From an uncultured Chitinophagaceae bacterium (GTDB lineage: Bacteria; Bacteroidota; Bacteroidia; Cytophagales; Cytophagaceae): DNA of 64,000 bases. Under the pieces are notes generated by a model that worked only from the letters and a program-made list of their open reading frames with translations, searched no databases and was not told the origin of the DNA. The position numbers and the translations under genes are program-made. The stretch lies in the NCBI GenBank assembly GCA_964437245.1, contig CAYTGJ010000002.1, positions 42 through 64,041 of the forward strand. Direction: 5' to 3'. Shown piece by piece: positions 18,248-28,120 of the stretch (the stretch's first letter is position 1; every line of letters begins with the position of its first letter).

Positions 18248-18925
18248 TTATGCTAAAGGGTCGTTTCCTTTAAAGGGCTGGACCATTTGTCCATTCACAT
18301 CGTAGACATCTTTAAGAAAAATAACTTTTAAAAAAGTAAGTAAAAGGATCTTAACGTCGAGACTAAAAGAAACATTTTCAGCATAATACACATCCATCTT
18401 GAATTTTTCCGGCCAGTCTATGGAATTTCTGCCTTTTACCTGTGCCCACCCTGTAATACCAGGTAATACCGAATGTCTTTTCCGCTGAACATCAGAATAT
18501 AGAGGCAAATATTCCATCAGCAGCGGCCGGGGACCTATCAAGCTCATTTTTCCCTCCAGAACATGAAATAACTGAGGAATCTCATCCAGAGAGGTTTTTC
18601 TCAGGATATTCCCAAACCAGGTGATCCGGTCACGCTCCGGAATATAATCCGGAAGATTATCTTTCATGGTGCGGAATTTATATAAAAGGAAAGGTACCTC
18701 TCCCTTCCCGGGACGCATTTGAGTAAAAAATACACGCCCTTTATTGCTCACCAGTAATATTGTTATAATAAGAACAAATACAGGCGAAAGGATAGCGATC
18801 AAACACAAAGCCCCTATAATATCCAGAATCCTTTTTAAAAATCTTTTATACACCGCCTCAATTTTAACTAACTTTGGCCTAAAATTAATAATTAAATTTA
18901 GAATGGTTTCTTTCCCAAACGCCAA
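18248..18925 (-). CDS. undecaprenyl-phosphate sugar phosphotransferase (bacterial sugar transferase family)
   Basis: One N-terminal TM helix, GPRPLL and PGITGWAQV motifs. Confidence 0.8.
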   Translation of the reverse strand: MAFGKETILNLIINFRPKLVKIEAVYKRFLKRILDIIGALCLIAILSPVFVLIITILLVSNKGRVFFTQMRPGKGEVPFLLYKFRTMKDNLPDYIPERDRITWFGNILRKTSLDEIPQLFHVLEGKMSLIGPRPLLMEYLPLYSDVQRKRHSVLPGITGWAQVKGRNSIDWPEKFKMDVYYAENVSFSLDVKILLLTFLKVIFLKDVYDVNGQMVQPFKGNDPLA

Positions 18926-19712
18926 AATAAACTTAGGTTTAGATATTACTGAAAAAAGACCCGATGGGTTTCATAATATAGAATCTTGTTTTTATCCCAT
19001 CGAATGGACCGATGTTCTTGAGATAATCCCTTCACAGGAGCTCAAATTTAGTTCGGCAGGAATTCCAATACCCGGGGAATCCAATTCTAACCTCTGTTTA
19101 AAAGTCTACGAAGCATTAAAAAAAGATTTTGACATTCCTCCTGTCCATATACATCTGCTCAAGAACATTCCTATAGGAGCTGGTATGGGAGGAGGTTCGG
19201 GAGATGCAGCTTTTACCGCCCGAATGCTCAATGATCTTTTCGAGCTAGGACTTTCTTCTGAAAAGCTGGAAGACTATGTTCGTCCACTAGGCAGTGACTG
19301 TGCATTCTTTATCAAAAACAGTCCTGTATTTGCCTATGGAAAAGGAGATCAATTCAGGAACATCAGCTTATCACTGAAGGGGTATTCTATCATAGTGCTC
19401 TACCCTCAGCTCCACATTTCCACTAAAGAAGCCTATAGCGGCATAATCCCCCGATCTCCTGCTCTTCCTATCGAAGAACTAATCCGAAAAGATATCAGAG
19501 AGTGGAAGACGCTCCTGAAGAATGATTTTGAAACTTCTCTTTTCCCTAAATATACCATTTTAAAAGAACTCAAAGAGACCCTTTATGAAGAAGGTGCTTT
19601 GTATGCTTCTATGACAGGGAGTGGTTCTGCGCTCTACGGGATATTTGAAAAAGCCCCCAAACTGACCAGCTCTTTCAGCGGTTGTATCGCATGGGAAGGA
19701 ACGTTACAGTAA
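18903..19712 (+). CDS. ispE: 4-diphosphocytidyl-2-C-methyl-D-erythritol kinase
   Basis: Start chosen at MVSFPNAKINLGLDI (canonical IspE N-terminus). GHMP motif PIGAGMGGGSGDAA. The ORF-track extension back to 18744 was rejected. Confidence 0.85.
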   Translation: MVSFPNAKINLGLDITEKRPDGFHNIESCFYPIEWTDVLEIIPSQELKFSSAGIPIPGESNSNLCLKVYEALKKDFDIPPVHIHLLKNIPIGAGMGGGSGDAAFTARMLNDLFELGLSSEKLEDYVRPLGSDCAFFIKNSPVFAYGKGDQFRNISLSLKGYSIIVLYPQLHISTKEAYSGIIPRSPALPIEELIRKDIREWKTLLKNDFETSLFPKYTILKELKETLYEEGALYASMTGSGSALYGIFEKAPKLTSSFSGCIAWEGTLQ

Positions 19713-19846
19713 ATCTCTCCTCTTTTCAGAGGGGCAAACACAAGCAACCTTATAATAACCAATAGTTTACATTAAATACCCAGCGCATTCCGGTGATCAA
19801 CCCTTAAAAAATCATGCACATATTTTTTTGATTTAATGCAAATTAC

Positions 19847-19854
19847 TATCTTTG
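19847..19854 (+). promoter_or_regulatory. candidate -7 box TATCTTTG for rpsU
   Basis: Exact TAnnTTTG 22 nt upstream of the ATG, with a TTTG -33-like element at 19827-19830. Confidence 0.45.
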
Positions 19855-19875
19855 CAGCCTTAATAAAGATAGACT

Positions 19876-20070
19876 ATGATCATCGTAAGCGTAAAAGAAA
19901 ACGAATCAATTGACAAAGCATTAAAAAGATTCAAAAAGAAATTTGAAAAAACAGGTGTTCTGAAAGAATTAAGATCCAGAAGTGCCTACGAAAAGAAATC
20001 CGTAAAAAGAAGATTCACTGTGATCCGTGCTGCATACAGACAAAAAATGCAACAAGGAGCTGCTGAGTAG
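19876..20070 (+). CDS. rpsU: 30S ribosomal protein S21
   Basis: [33 protein letters not shown] is a canonical S21 sequence. Confidence 0.9.
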   Translation: MIIVSVKENESIDKALKRFKKKFEKTGVLKELRSRSAYEKKSVKRRFTVIRAAYRQKMQQGAAE

Positions 20071-20101
20071 TTTTCTTTTTTTGATAATATTCTCTATATT
20101 G

Positions 20102-20130
20102 AATCACCAGGATCACTAAACCTGGTGATT
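20102..20130 (+). terminator. hairpin between rpsU and the recombinase gene
   Basis: AATCACCAGG-9nt-CCTGGTGATT followed by a short T stretch. It may attenuate readthrough. Confidence 0.35.
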
Positions 20131-20134
20131 TGGT

Positions 20135-21037
20135 ATGGTTAATGATTTTTTGAAATATATTCAATACGAGAAAAGATATAGTAATCATACCTATATCTCC
20201 TACCAAACTGATCTGCAACAATTTTGTACGTTTCTAGAAAAGGAATACCAGATAAGTAATCCTTTGGAGGCTTCGTTCGCTATTATCCGTTCCTGGATCG
20301 CCAGCCTTTCGGAAGATCGTATCACCTCCAAGTCCATTAACAGAAAGATAGCCTGTCTCCGATCTTATTACAAATTTTTAAGACGTAACGGACACATCGC
20401 TAAAGATCCTATGTTAAAGATCAAAGGACCTAAAATAGCAAAAACACTTCCTGTTTTTGTGGAAGAAGAAAAACTGATCACCTTGCTGGATGGGGTCTGT
20501 GATCAAGACAATCAACTGGGGTTTGAAGAAAATTTTAACGGCATACGAGACCGGCTGATCATAGAACTTTTCTATGGTACAGGGATTCGTCTTTCAGAAC
20601 TCATCGAAATAAAAAGTTCCGATATCAATTTTTACGACAGAACACTCAAAGTGACAGGGAAAGGGAATAAGGAAAGAATTATCCCGATCAATGAGACGTT
20701 GATCAATCGTATAAAAGAATACGAAGACAGGAAAAAAAAGGACCTTTCAGGCAACTCTTCCCAATACTTAATCGTTACTAATAAAGGAAGCAAGACTTAT
20801 CCTATGTTTATATACAAAACGGTAAGAAAATACCTGGATATGAGTACAACAGTAGAAAAGAGAAGTCCTCACGTATTAAGGCATTCATTTGCCACCCACT
20901 TATTGAACAAGGGGGCAGATCTTAATGCGATCAAAGACTTACTCGGCCATAGCAGTCTTGCCGCTACACAAGTGTATACCCATAATTCGCTGGACAAGTT
21001 AAAGGCCATTTTTACGCAGGCCCATCCGAAATCATAG
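20135..21037 (+). CDS. XerC/XerD-family tyrosine recombinase
   Basis: SAM-like N-terminal domain plus the catalytic LRHSFATHLL...GHSSLAATQVYTH signature. Confidence 0.8.
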   Translation: MVNDFLKYIQYEKRYSNHTYISYQTDLQQFCTFLEKEYQISNPLEASFAIIRSWIASLSEDRITSKSINRKIACLRSYYKFLRRNGHIAKDPMLKIKGPKIAKTLPVFVEEEKLITLLDGVCDQDNQLGFEENFNGIRDRLIIELFYGTGIRLSELIEIKSSDINFYDRTLKVTGKGNKERIIPINETLINRIKEYEDRKKKDLSGNSSQYLIVTNKGSKTYPMFIYKTVRKYLDMSTTVEKRSPHVLRHSFATHLLNKGADLNAIKDLLGHSSLAATQVYTHNSLDKLKAIFTQAHPKS

Positions 21038-21201
21038 GCTCCGCAACGCTTGATTTCTGTTAAGGGAACCAAGACGACTCGTCTCATTGATTATTTCAAC
21101 ATTCAAATTTTATAAAATGTACCCGTACTCTAAAATATGTTCTACCTCAGGTCCGAATGATTATAACGGGGATCATAAAAACCTGAACAACCTGAATTAC
21201 T

Positions 21202-21501
21202 ATGAAACTGCAAATCCAATCCATCCATTTTGATGCAGATGTCAAACTTATTTCTTTCATTGAAAAGAAAATGGAAAAGCTGGAAACTTTTTATGATCGT
21301 ATCCTCGGAGGCGAAGTATTTTTAAAGCTTCAGAACGACGATGAAAAAGGGAATAAAATCGTCAATATAAAAATACTGATCCCGGGAGGAGACATATTCG
21401 TTCAGGAACAAGCACCTACTTTTGAAGAAGCTACCGACAACGCTTATGAAATCTTAAAAAGACAGCTCAGCAGAAAGAAAGAAAAAACTACCGCTCACTA
21501 A
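21202..21501 (+). CDS. hpf: ribosome hibernation promoting factor (short HPF/RaiA)
   Basis: 99 aa, MKLQIQSIHFDAD...LKRQL pattern of the sigma-54 modulation/S30EA family. Confidence 0.8.
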   Translation: MKLQIQSIHFDADVKLISFIEKKMEKLETFYDRILGGEVFLKLQNDDEKGNKIVNIKILIPGGDIFVQEQAPTFEEATDNAYEILKRQLSRKKEKTTAH

Positions 21502-21508
21502 GCAGTCG

Positions 21509-21541
21509 AAAGAAACAGGAGTTTAAAACTCCTGTTTCTTT
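21509..21541. terminator. bidirectional terminator between hpf and yraN
   Basis: AAAGAAACAGGAGTT-taa-AACTCCTGTTTCTTT, a perfect 15-bp stem flanked by A/T runs. Confidence 0.65.
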
Positions 21542-21882
21542 TAAAACACATCTTCAAAATGTTCGGGAGCCTCACTTCCCGTAATGGCTACGATGTCAAA
21601 ACGAATTTCTTTTCCCCAGTTACTCTCTACCAGATACTGTGTTGCCGTCTTCCTCAGCATTTCTGCTTTATATGTCCCCACAAAATCTTCCGGATGTCCG
21701 AATGCATTGTTCTTTCTGTATTTGACTTCTACAAACACCATCATCCCACTATTGATTGCTATGATATCGATTTCCCCTCGTTTATAACGGTAATTCTGCA
21801 CAAGGATCTTCCATCCTTTTTGTAAAAGAAACTGTACGGCTTTCTCCTCTCCTGCTTTTCCTGAAGCGATGGTTGTTTTCAT
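21541..21882 (-). CDS. YraN-family (UPF0102) endonuclease-like protein
   Basis: Start set at MKTTIASGKAGEEKA. RGEIDIIA and FVEVK motifs of the PD-(D/E)xK-like YraN fold. Confidence 0.75.
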   Translation of the reverse strand: MKTTIASGKAGEEKAVQFLLQKGWKILVQNYRYKRGEIDIIAINSGMMVFVEVKYRKNNAFGHPEDFVGTYKAEMLRKTATQYLVESNWGKEIRFDIVAITGSEAPEHFEDVF

Positions 21883-21990
21883 AAAAAAATAAAAAATACG
21901 GATCGACAAAACAGATCCTGAAAGCATATATAGATAATTTTCCGGATTAAAACTACAATACATTCCTATTCTCAATTAATAACTATAAAT

Positions 21991-22743
21991 TTGTCCATAC
22001 TATCCACGGATCCTGTTGTGTATACCAATCAAAACAAAAACACTTATTTCCGGCATCTTGGACATATCGGATACCAGGATGCTTTAGCAGCACAGACAAC
22101 GCTATTCAACGAGATCATTGCGCTGAAATTACGTAATCGTGATCTTCCTGAGCAGGGTCAGCAAAGTACTCCTAATTATCTTTTGTTTTGCGAACATCCT
22201 CATGTATATACGTTGGGCCGCAGTGGTACGAAAGAAAATCTCCTGATCAACGAACTTCATCTGGCAGAGAAGAATGCGCTATACGTGGAAACTAACCGTG
22301 GAGGAGACATTACCTATCATGGTCCCGGACAGTTGGTAGGCTATCCGATCCTGGATCTTGACAATTTTTTTACCGACATCCACCAGTATCTCCGTTTGCT
22401 GGAAGAAGCTATCATTCTCACACTCTCGGATTATTCCATCAAAGCCGGCAGGATACAAGGGCTTACCGGTGTGTGGATCGATTTTGAAGATGAAAAAAAA
22501 GCGAGAAAAATATGTGCGATGGGAGTAAAGGCCAGCCGATGGGTTACGATGCATGGTTTTGCCTTAAACATAAATACGGATCTTTCGTATTTTAATAATA
22601 TTATTCCTTGTGGAATTTCAGACAAGGCCGTCACTTCTATGTCGCTGGAACTGAGCAGGGAAATTCCTGTCAATGAAGTAGAAGAAAAATTAAAAGAACA
22701 TTTAGCTGTTTTATTTGAGATGAAAATAATTTCAAATTTCTAA
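21991..22743 (+). CDS. lipB: lipoyl(octanoyl) transferase
   Basis: RGGDITYHGPGQLVGYPI, KICAMGVK and IIPCGI motifs. Apparent TTG start. Confidence 0.85.
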   Translation: MSILSTDPVVYTNQNKNTYFRHLGHIGYQDALAAQTTLFNEIIALKLRNRDLPEQGQQSTPNYLLFCEHPHVYTLGRSGTKENLLINELHLAEKNALYVETNRGGDITYHGPGQLVGYPILDLDNFFTDIHQYLRLLEEAIILTLSDYSIKAGRIQGLTGVWIDFEDEKKARKICAMGVKASRWVTMHGFALNINTDLSYFNNIIPCGISDKAVTSMSLELSREIPVNEVEEKLKEHLAVLFEMKIISNF

Positions 22744-22792
22744 ACTAATTTGTATTTTTAAAGAGATAGCATAAAAGATAACCTCTGTTCGA

Positions 22793-23200
22793 ATGAAGAA
22801 AGATATTCCGTTTTTACCGGTTGAAGGTGTATGCATAGCAGTAAGCCGGCATATAGAATCTGTCGGGGAGGCCAACTGGAAAGTATTTCTCCTCAATAAG
22901 AATTCCTTCTCGATACAAAATGTTTTTATCCGCTCTAAAGGATACGGATTCAACGAAGAAGGAGAAAAACAAGAAACGTCTACCTTACGCCATCATATTC
23001 CAGAGGTAGAGGCAGGAGAATATGCCCTCATTGAACCTATAGATCCTACAGTATTCCATCTGAACAATGAATACTGGGTAAGCTATTTTGTAGAAAACCA
23101 GGTATACGACAAGAAGTTTATATTCGTACCGGATACGATCGTAGAATCAAATCTTATTTTTATACCTCAAATCAATATGGAAGGAGTATTACACACTTAA
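22793..23200 (+). CDS. hypothetical protein, no recognised family
   Basis: 135-aa ORF with backbone-like composition and no motif I can name. Confidence 0.5.
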   Translation: MKKDIPFLPVEGVCIAVSRHIESVGEANWKVFLLNKNSFSIQNVFIRSKGYGFNEEGEKQETSTLRHHIPEVEAGEYALIEPIDPTVFHLNNEYWVSYFVENQVYDKKFIFVPDTIVESNLIFIPQINMEGVLHT

Positions 23201-23272
23201 TTTATAACATTTTTTATTTTTTATTTCGTCTGCGTTGTCTATCAGGCACAGGGATTTTTATTTTTACTGTTT

Positions 23273-23998
23273 ATGCACCATTTTTTTTCTTCTTTACCCA
23301 ACATATTGTTTCTTGATATTGAAACAGTTTCCGGACAGGAAAGTTATACTGATCTTTCCAAACGTATGAGTCAAGCCTGGGATCATAAATCCCGGCTGAT
23401 CGATGCGACCAGAGATCCCGCACAGCTCTACTTCGAGAGAGCCGGCATTTACGCCGAGTTCGGAAAGGTGATCGCCATTGGGGCTGGATTCTTTTTTACC
23501 GATCACCACAGCAAAGAGCTTAAATTCAGGGTAAAATGCATTACCGGTTCCGATGAGAAAGAAGTACTTACAGAATTTATCGAACTGATCACTCAGAAAT
23601 TCGGAAACCGTAAACTCCTCTTCTGCGCTCATAACGGCAAAGAATTTGACTATCCGTATTTATGCCGAAGGATCCTGCTCAACGGGCTTGACCTTCCCAA
23701 ACCACTTTTACTGTCAGGGAAAAAATCCTGGCAAGTTGACCATCTTGACACGTTAGAGCTGTGGAAATTCGGGGACCATAAGCACTATTCCTCTCTGGAA
23801 TTGCTCTGTTGTATCTTCGATATTCCCGGCAGCAAGGAAGATATGAACGGAAGCCAGGTCAATTTCATCTACTACCATGACCAAGACCTTCCCCGCATTG
23901 CCCGGTATTGTACGGAAGATGTTCTTGCTACCGCACAGCTGTATTTAAAGCTTCATAATAAGCCACTTATCAAAAAAGAACATATTATCTGGTGTTAG
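23273..23998 (+). CDS. DEDDy-type 3'-5' exonuclease (PolB-exonuclease-like, RNase H fold)
   Basis: Exo I LFLDIET, Exo II HNGKEFDYPYL and Exo III YCTEDVLA motifs, in the right order and spacing. Confidence 0.65.
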   Translation: MHHFFSSLPNILFLDIETVSGQESYTDLSKRMSQAWDHKSRLIDATRDPAQLYFERAGIYAEFGKVIAIGAGFFFTDHHSKELKFRVKCITGSDEKEVLTEFIELITQKFGNRKLLFCAHNGKEFDYPYLCRRILLNGLDLPKPLLLSGKKSWQVDHLDTLELWKFGDHKHYSSLELLCCIFDIPGSKEDMNGSQVNFIYYHDQDLPRIARYCTEDVLATAQLYLKLHNKPLIKKEHIIWC

Positions 23999-24087
23999 TA
24001 CCTCAAAAACCCGAATGTACCACGTAAAATTATGCTTTTAAACAGCTCAAAACTCGAATTTTTTACTATTTTTGGTGGTTAAGCCGA

Positions 24088-25944
24088 TTGTGTTTGAAAG
24101 AGTCTCAGATAAATAGTACCGACGACCAGAATTTTCTGCTGGATGTAAGAAACCTCAAAACTGTTTTTAAAACAGAAGATTCTGAGGTTGTAGCTGCAGA
24201 AGATGTTAGCTTCAGGATCAAACGGGGAGAAACGATTGGAATCGTAGGAGAATCAGGATCGGGGAAATCCGTCACGGCCTTGTCGATCATGAAACTAATC
24301 CCCAATCCTCCGGGGAAAATAGCGGGCGGTAATATTTTCTTTAACTCTCCCAGCAAAGGGCTTATCGATCTTGCCGGTCTTAGCGAGCAGGAAATGCAAT
24401 ATGAAAGAGGCAATGAAATTGCCATGATCTTTCAGGAACCCATGACCTCTCTTAATCCTGTTTTTACCTGTGGCGACCAATTAATGGAGACCATTCTTCT
24501 TCATAGAAAGGTAAGCAAGGAAGAAGCAAAAAAACTCACCATGGAACTCTTTCAAAGAGTAGAGTTACCCAGACCGGAAGATATTTTCCATTCCTATCCA
24601 CACGAGATCTCTGGCGGACAGAAGCAGCGTGTCATGATTGCCATGGCCATGTGCTGCAACCCTTCTCTTCTGATTGCAGACGAACCCACTACTGCGCTGG
24701 ATGTAACCGTTCAGGCCAAAATACTGGACCTTATGCGTCAGCTTCGCGATGAAAATGATATGTCCATCATATTCATTACGCACGACCTTGGAGTAGTGGC
24801 AGAGATCGCAGATAAAGTAGCCGTGATGTACCACGGGAAAATTGTAGAGCAGGGAACCGTATGGGATATATTTTCCAACCCTCAGCACCCTTATACCAAA
24901 AGTCTTCTGGCCTGCCGTCCGCGGCTGGATATTAAAATGAAGATCCTGCCGGTGGCCACGGATTTCATGAACGTAGACATAGAAGGAAGAATTACGGAAA
25001 AAGTACAGGAACAAAAATATTCTTCTGTGGGAGAAGCAATTCTCCTCAATTTTACCGACGACGACGAGATACGGGAGCGGAATACTTTCCTTGCCTCACA
25101 ACCGCCGCAACTGGAAATTAAAAACCTGAAAATGTATTTCCCTATCAAAAGGGGATTGTTTGGAAAAGTAAAGGACCATGTAAAAGCGGTAGACGATGTC
25201 AGTTTTAACGTATATCCGGGAGAAACCATCGGACTTGTAGGCGAATCGGGATGTGGGAAAACCACCCTGGGCAGAGCTATCCTTCGCCTGATAGAACCTA
25301 CCTCCGGCAGTATTACATTTGAAGGAAAAGACATCACCCATATAGATAAAGAAGAGCTGCGAAAACTCCGGAAAGATATCCAGATCATTTTCCAGGATCC
25401 TTATTCCTCTCTTAACCCGAGAATGACCATCGGAGAAGCGATCATCGAACCTATGCGGGTAAATCATATTTACGAATCGGATTTCCACAGAAAAAAACAT
25501 ACCATTGAGCTTTTGGAGAAAGTAAACTTATCCAAAAGGCATTTTGAACGTTATCCTCATGAATTCTCAGGAGGGCAGCGACAAAGAATATGCATTGCCC
25601 GTGCACTCGCTCTAAATCCTAAATTTATTATCTGCGACGAATCTGTATCGGCACTGGATGTATCGGTACAAGCACAGGTACTGAACCTGTTGAATAAACT
25701 GAAAGAAGAATTTAACTTCACCTATATTTTTATTTCACACGATCTGTCGGTCGTTAAGTTCATGTCAGACAGAATTATTGTCATGAACAAAGGGAAAATA
25801 GAAGAGCTTGGATTTGCTGAAGATATATATGCCAATCCCACCTCAGAATACACCCAACGACTGATCAATGCAATTCCTAAAGGCAATCTGGAAGACATCC
25901 GCAGAGCCCAACTGCTTAGGAAGCAAGACTCTCTTAGACATTAA
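24088..25944 (+). CDS. fused double ABC ATPase (DppD/DppF- or YejF-like)
   Basis: Two Walker A motifs ([16 protein letters not shown]) and two signature motifs ([16 protein letters not shown]). TTG start. No permease gene adjacent. Confidence 0.85.
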   Translation: MCLKESQINSTDDQNFLLDVRNLKTVFKTEDSEVVAAEDVSFRIKRGETIGIVGESGSGKSVTALSIMKLIPNPPGKIAGGNIFFNSPSKGLIDLAGLSEQEMQYERGNEIAMIFQEPMTSLNPVFTCGDQLMETILLHRKVSKEEAKKLTMELFQRVELPRPEDIFHSYPHEISGGQKQRVMIAMAMCCNPSLLIADEPTTALDVTVQAKILDLMRQLRDENDMSIIFITHDLGVVAEIADKVAVMYHGKIVEQGTVWDIFSNPQHPYTKSLLACRPRLDIKMKILPVATDFMNVDIEGRITEKVQEQKYSSVGEAILLNFTDDDEIRERNTFLASQPPQLEIKNLKMYFPIKRGLFGKVKDHVKAVDDVSFNVYPGETIGLVGESGCGKTTLGRAILRLIEPTSGSITFEGKDITHIDKEELRKLRKDIQIIFQDPYSSLNPRMTIGEAIIEPMRVNHIYESDFHRKKHTIELLEKVNLSKRHFERYPHEFSGGQRQRICIARALALNPKFIICDESVSALDVSVQAQVLNLLNKLKEEFNFTYIFISHDLSVVKFMSDRIIVMNKGKIEELGFAEDIYANPTSEYTQRLINAIPKGNLEDIRRAQLLRKQDSLRH

Positions 25945-25947
25945 CAC

Positions 25948-28101
25948 ATGAAAAACAACCCCACATCAAAAAGAACAGATCTTTTACGCGACAAACTTCT
26001 GACTTTTTTTAACAATAGCAGAAAGAACCCATACTCGCTGAAAGAACTGATAAAAAAGCTCGGTCTGAAAAGAAAAGATACTAAGCAAGACCTGGAAAAA
26101 GAACTTACGATCCTTGTCAAACAAGGGAAAATAGTACAGCTAAAGAACGGATTATTTAAAACCAATACTTCCGGAGAAACTAACTTCATACTCGGACGGG
26201 TAGACCACGTAAGTCCGCGGTTTGCCTACGTAGTTCCACAGGAAACAACAGAAGGAACCGATATATGGGTTGATCAGCGGTTTATGCACGGAGCGATTGA
26301 CGGAGACATTGTTAAAGTACACGTCTTCGAATCTTCCGGAAAATTCAAGAAGGAAAAACACACTGAAGGAAAGATCATAGAGATCGTAGAACGAAAAAGA
26401 ACGGAGTTTGTCGGTACGATCGAGGTTTCTCCAAAATTTGCTTTTGTAATCCCTGACAACAAAAAAATACACTTTGATATTTTCATCCCCCGAGAGCACA
26501 TCAACAAGGCAGAACATATGCAGAAAGTGATCGCAGAGATCACGGAATGGCCGGAGGATGGTAAAAAACCTACCGGAAAAATCAAAGAAGTGCTGGGTGA
26601 TGCAGGAGATAATAATACGGAAATGCATGCGATCATGGCAGAATACGGACTTCCGTTCACCTTCCCTGAAAGCATTGATAAAGCTGCCAATACAATCTCC
26701 GAAGAGATCTCCGAAGAAGAGATCAGGAGACGACGCGATTTCCGTACCACTACTACTTTTACCATTGACCCAGTTGATGCCAAAGATTTTGACGATGCAA
26801 TCTCAGTCAAAAAACTGGAGAACGGCAACTATGAAATTGGTGTCCATATTGCAGACGTTACCCATTATGTAAGGCCGGGAACGCTTCTCGAAAAGGAAGC
26901 ATACGCCCGGGCGACCTCCGTCTATCTTGTAGACAGGGTTATCCCGATGCTTCCTGAAAAACTTTCCAATGGTTTATGTTCACTTCGTCCTCACGAAGAC
27001 AAGCTGACCTTTTCTGCTGTTTTTGAAATGACCCAAAGCGGGAAGATCATGAATCAATGGTTTGGGAAAACAGTCATTCATTCGGCCCGGCGATTCACGT
27101 ATGAAGAAGTACAGGAGATCATTGAAACACAGCAAGGAGAGCTGAAGGAAGAAGTTCTTATCCTCGACCGTCTTGCCAAGATCTTACGAAAAGAGCGATT
27201 CAAAAAAGGGGCCATCAGTTTCGAAACCATTGAGATCAAATTCAAGCTGGATGAAAAAGGGAAGCCACTGGGAGTCTATCCTAAAATACGAAAAGATGCT
27301 CATAAGCTGGTAGAGGACTTTATGCTCCTTGCCAATAAAAAAGTAGCCGAGCATGTATATCATATGAAAAAAGGGGAAGATAAAAATACGATGGTGTACA
27401 GGACGCACGACAATCCTAATCCTGACAAGCTGAAATCCCTTGCTACTTTTGCGGCCCGTTTTGGCCACAAGCTAGCGCTGCACGACGAGAATGCCATATC
27501 CAATGCCTTAAACAAACTTACCGAAGATGTAGAAGGGAAACCGGAGCAGAACGTACTCCAGGGGCTGGCCATTCGATGTATGGCCAAGGCCCGTTATACG
27601 ACCGATGCCGACATGCACTTCGGGCTGGCGTTCCAGCACTATACGCACTTTACCTCTCCCATCCGGAGATATCCTGATATGATGGTACACCGGTTGCTCT
27701 TCCATTATCTGGAAGGAGGGAAATCCGAAGACAAGCATCTCTTTGAAGAAAAATGCACTCATTCCTCAGAGCGGGAAAAAATGGCGGCAGATGCCGAAAG
27801 AGCCTCGATCAAATATAAGCAAGTGGAATTTATGCAGAGTATGACCGAAAAAGTTTTTGACGGAATCATTTCCGGAATGATAGAACACGGTATATTTGTA
27901 GAAATTATTGAGACAAAATGCGAAGGAATGGTACGGCTAAGTGAACTTACCGACGATTTCTACGAAGTAGACCTGGAAAATTTCCGGGTAATCGGAAAGC
28001 GAAAGAAAAAAATGTATACACTTGGAGACACTGTCCAGGTAAAAGTAAAAAAGACCGATCTGGGCAGAAGAACCATTGACCTTGAACTGATCACCACTTA
28101 A
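25948..28101 (+). CDS. rnr: ribonuclease R
   Basis: N-terminal winged-helix, cold-shock, RNB core (TIDPVDAKDFDDA, SPIRRYPD) and C-terminal S1 domain. Confidence 0.9.
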   Translation: MKNNPTSKRTDLLRDKLLTFFNNSRKNPYSLKELIKKLGLKRKDTKQDLEKELTILVKQGKIVQLKNGLFKTNTSGETNFILGRVDHVSPRFAYVVPQETTEGTDIWVDQRFMHGAIDGDIVKVHVFESSGKFKKEKHTEGKIIEIVERKRTEFVGTIEVSPKFAFVIPDNKKIHFDIFIPREHINKAEHMQKVIAEITEWPEDGKKPTGKIKEVLGDAGDNNTEMHAIMAEYGLPFTFPESIDKAANTISEEISEEEIRRRRDFRTTTTFTIDPVDAKDFDDAISVKKLENGNYEIGVHIADVTHYVRPGTLLEKEAYARATSVYLVDRVIPMLPEKLSNGLCSLRPHEDKLTFSAVFEMTQSGKIMNQWFGKTVIHSARRFTYEEVQEIIETQQGELKEEVLILDRLAKILRKERFKKGAISFETIEIKFKLDEKGKPLGVYPKIRKDAHKLVEDFMLLANKKVAEHVYHMKKGEDKNTMVYRTHDNPNPDKLKSLATFAARFGHKLALHDENAISNALNKLTEDVEGKPEQNVLQGLAIRCMAKARYTTDADMHFGLAFQHYTHFTSPIRRYPDMMVHRLLFHYLEGGKSEDKHLFEEKCTHSSEREKMAADAERASIKYKQVEFMQSMTEKVFDGIISGMIEHGIFVEIIETKCEGMVRLSELTDDFYEVDLENFRVIGKRKKKMYTLGDTVQVKVKKTDLGRRTIDLELITT

Positions 28102-28120
28102 TCCATTTCTAATACCTGTT

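Noticed and set aside
18744-18902. 53-codon N-terminal extension of ispE in the ORF track
   Set aside because: The canonical IspE N-terminus (FPNAKINLGL) begins at the Met at 18903. The extension would run deep into the divergent sugar transferase gene.
20135-21037. Tyrosine recombinase as a marker of an integrated mobile element or invertible-promoter system
   Set aside because: It sits between rpsU and hpf, an arrangement I recall as conserved in Bacteroidota, and fits a chromosomal XerC/XerD-type role. No flanking direct or inverted repeats, cargo genes or compositional shift are visible around it.
21883-21975. 31-codon N-terminal extension of the YraN-family ORF
   Set aside because: The family is about 110-120 aa. 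The extension is hydrophobic junk-like sequence, and MKTTIASGKAGE matches the usual start.
24891-25388. 165-aa and neighbouring minus-strand ORFs inside the ABC ATPase gene
   Set aside because: They are antisense shadows of a gene with two complete Walker A and signature sets. The Ser/Arg-rich low-complexity translation is uninformative.
26274-26828. 184-aa minus-strand ORF inside rnr (also 26152-26628)
   Set aside because: It is antisense to RNase R, whose RNB and S1 motifs are unambiguous.
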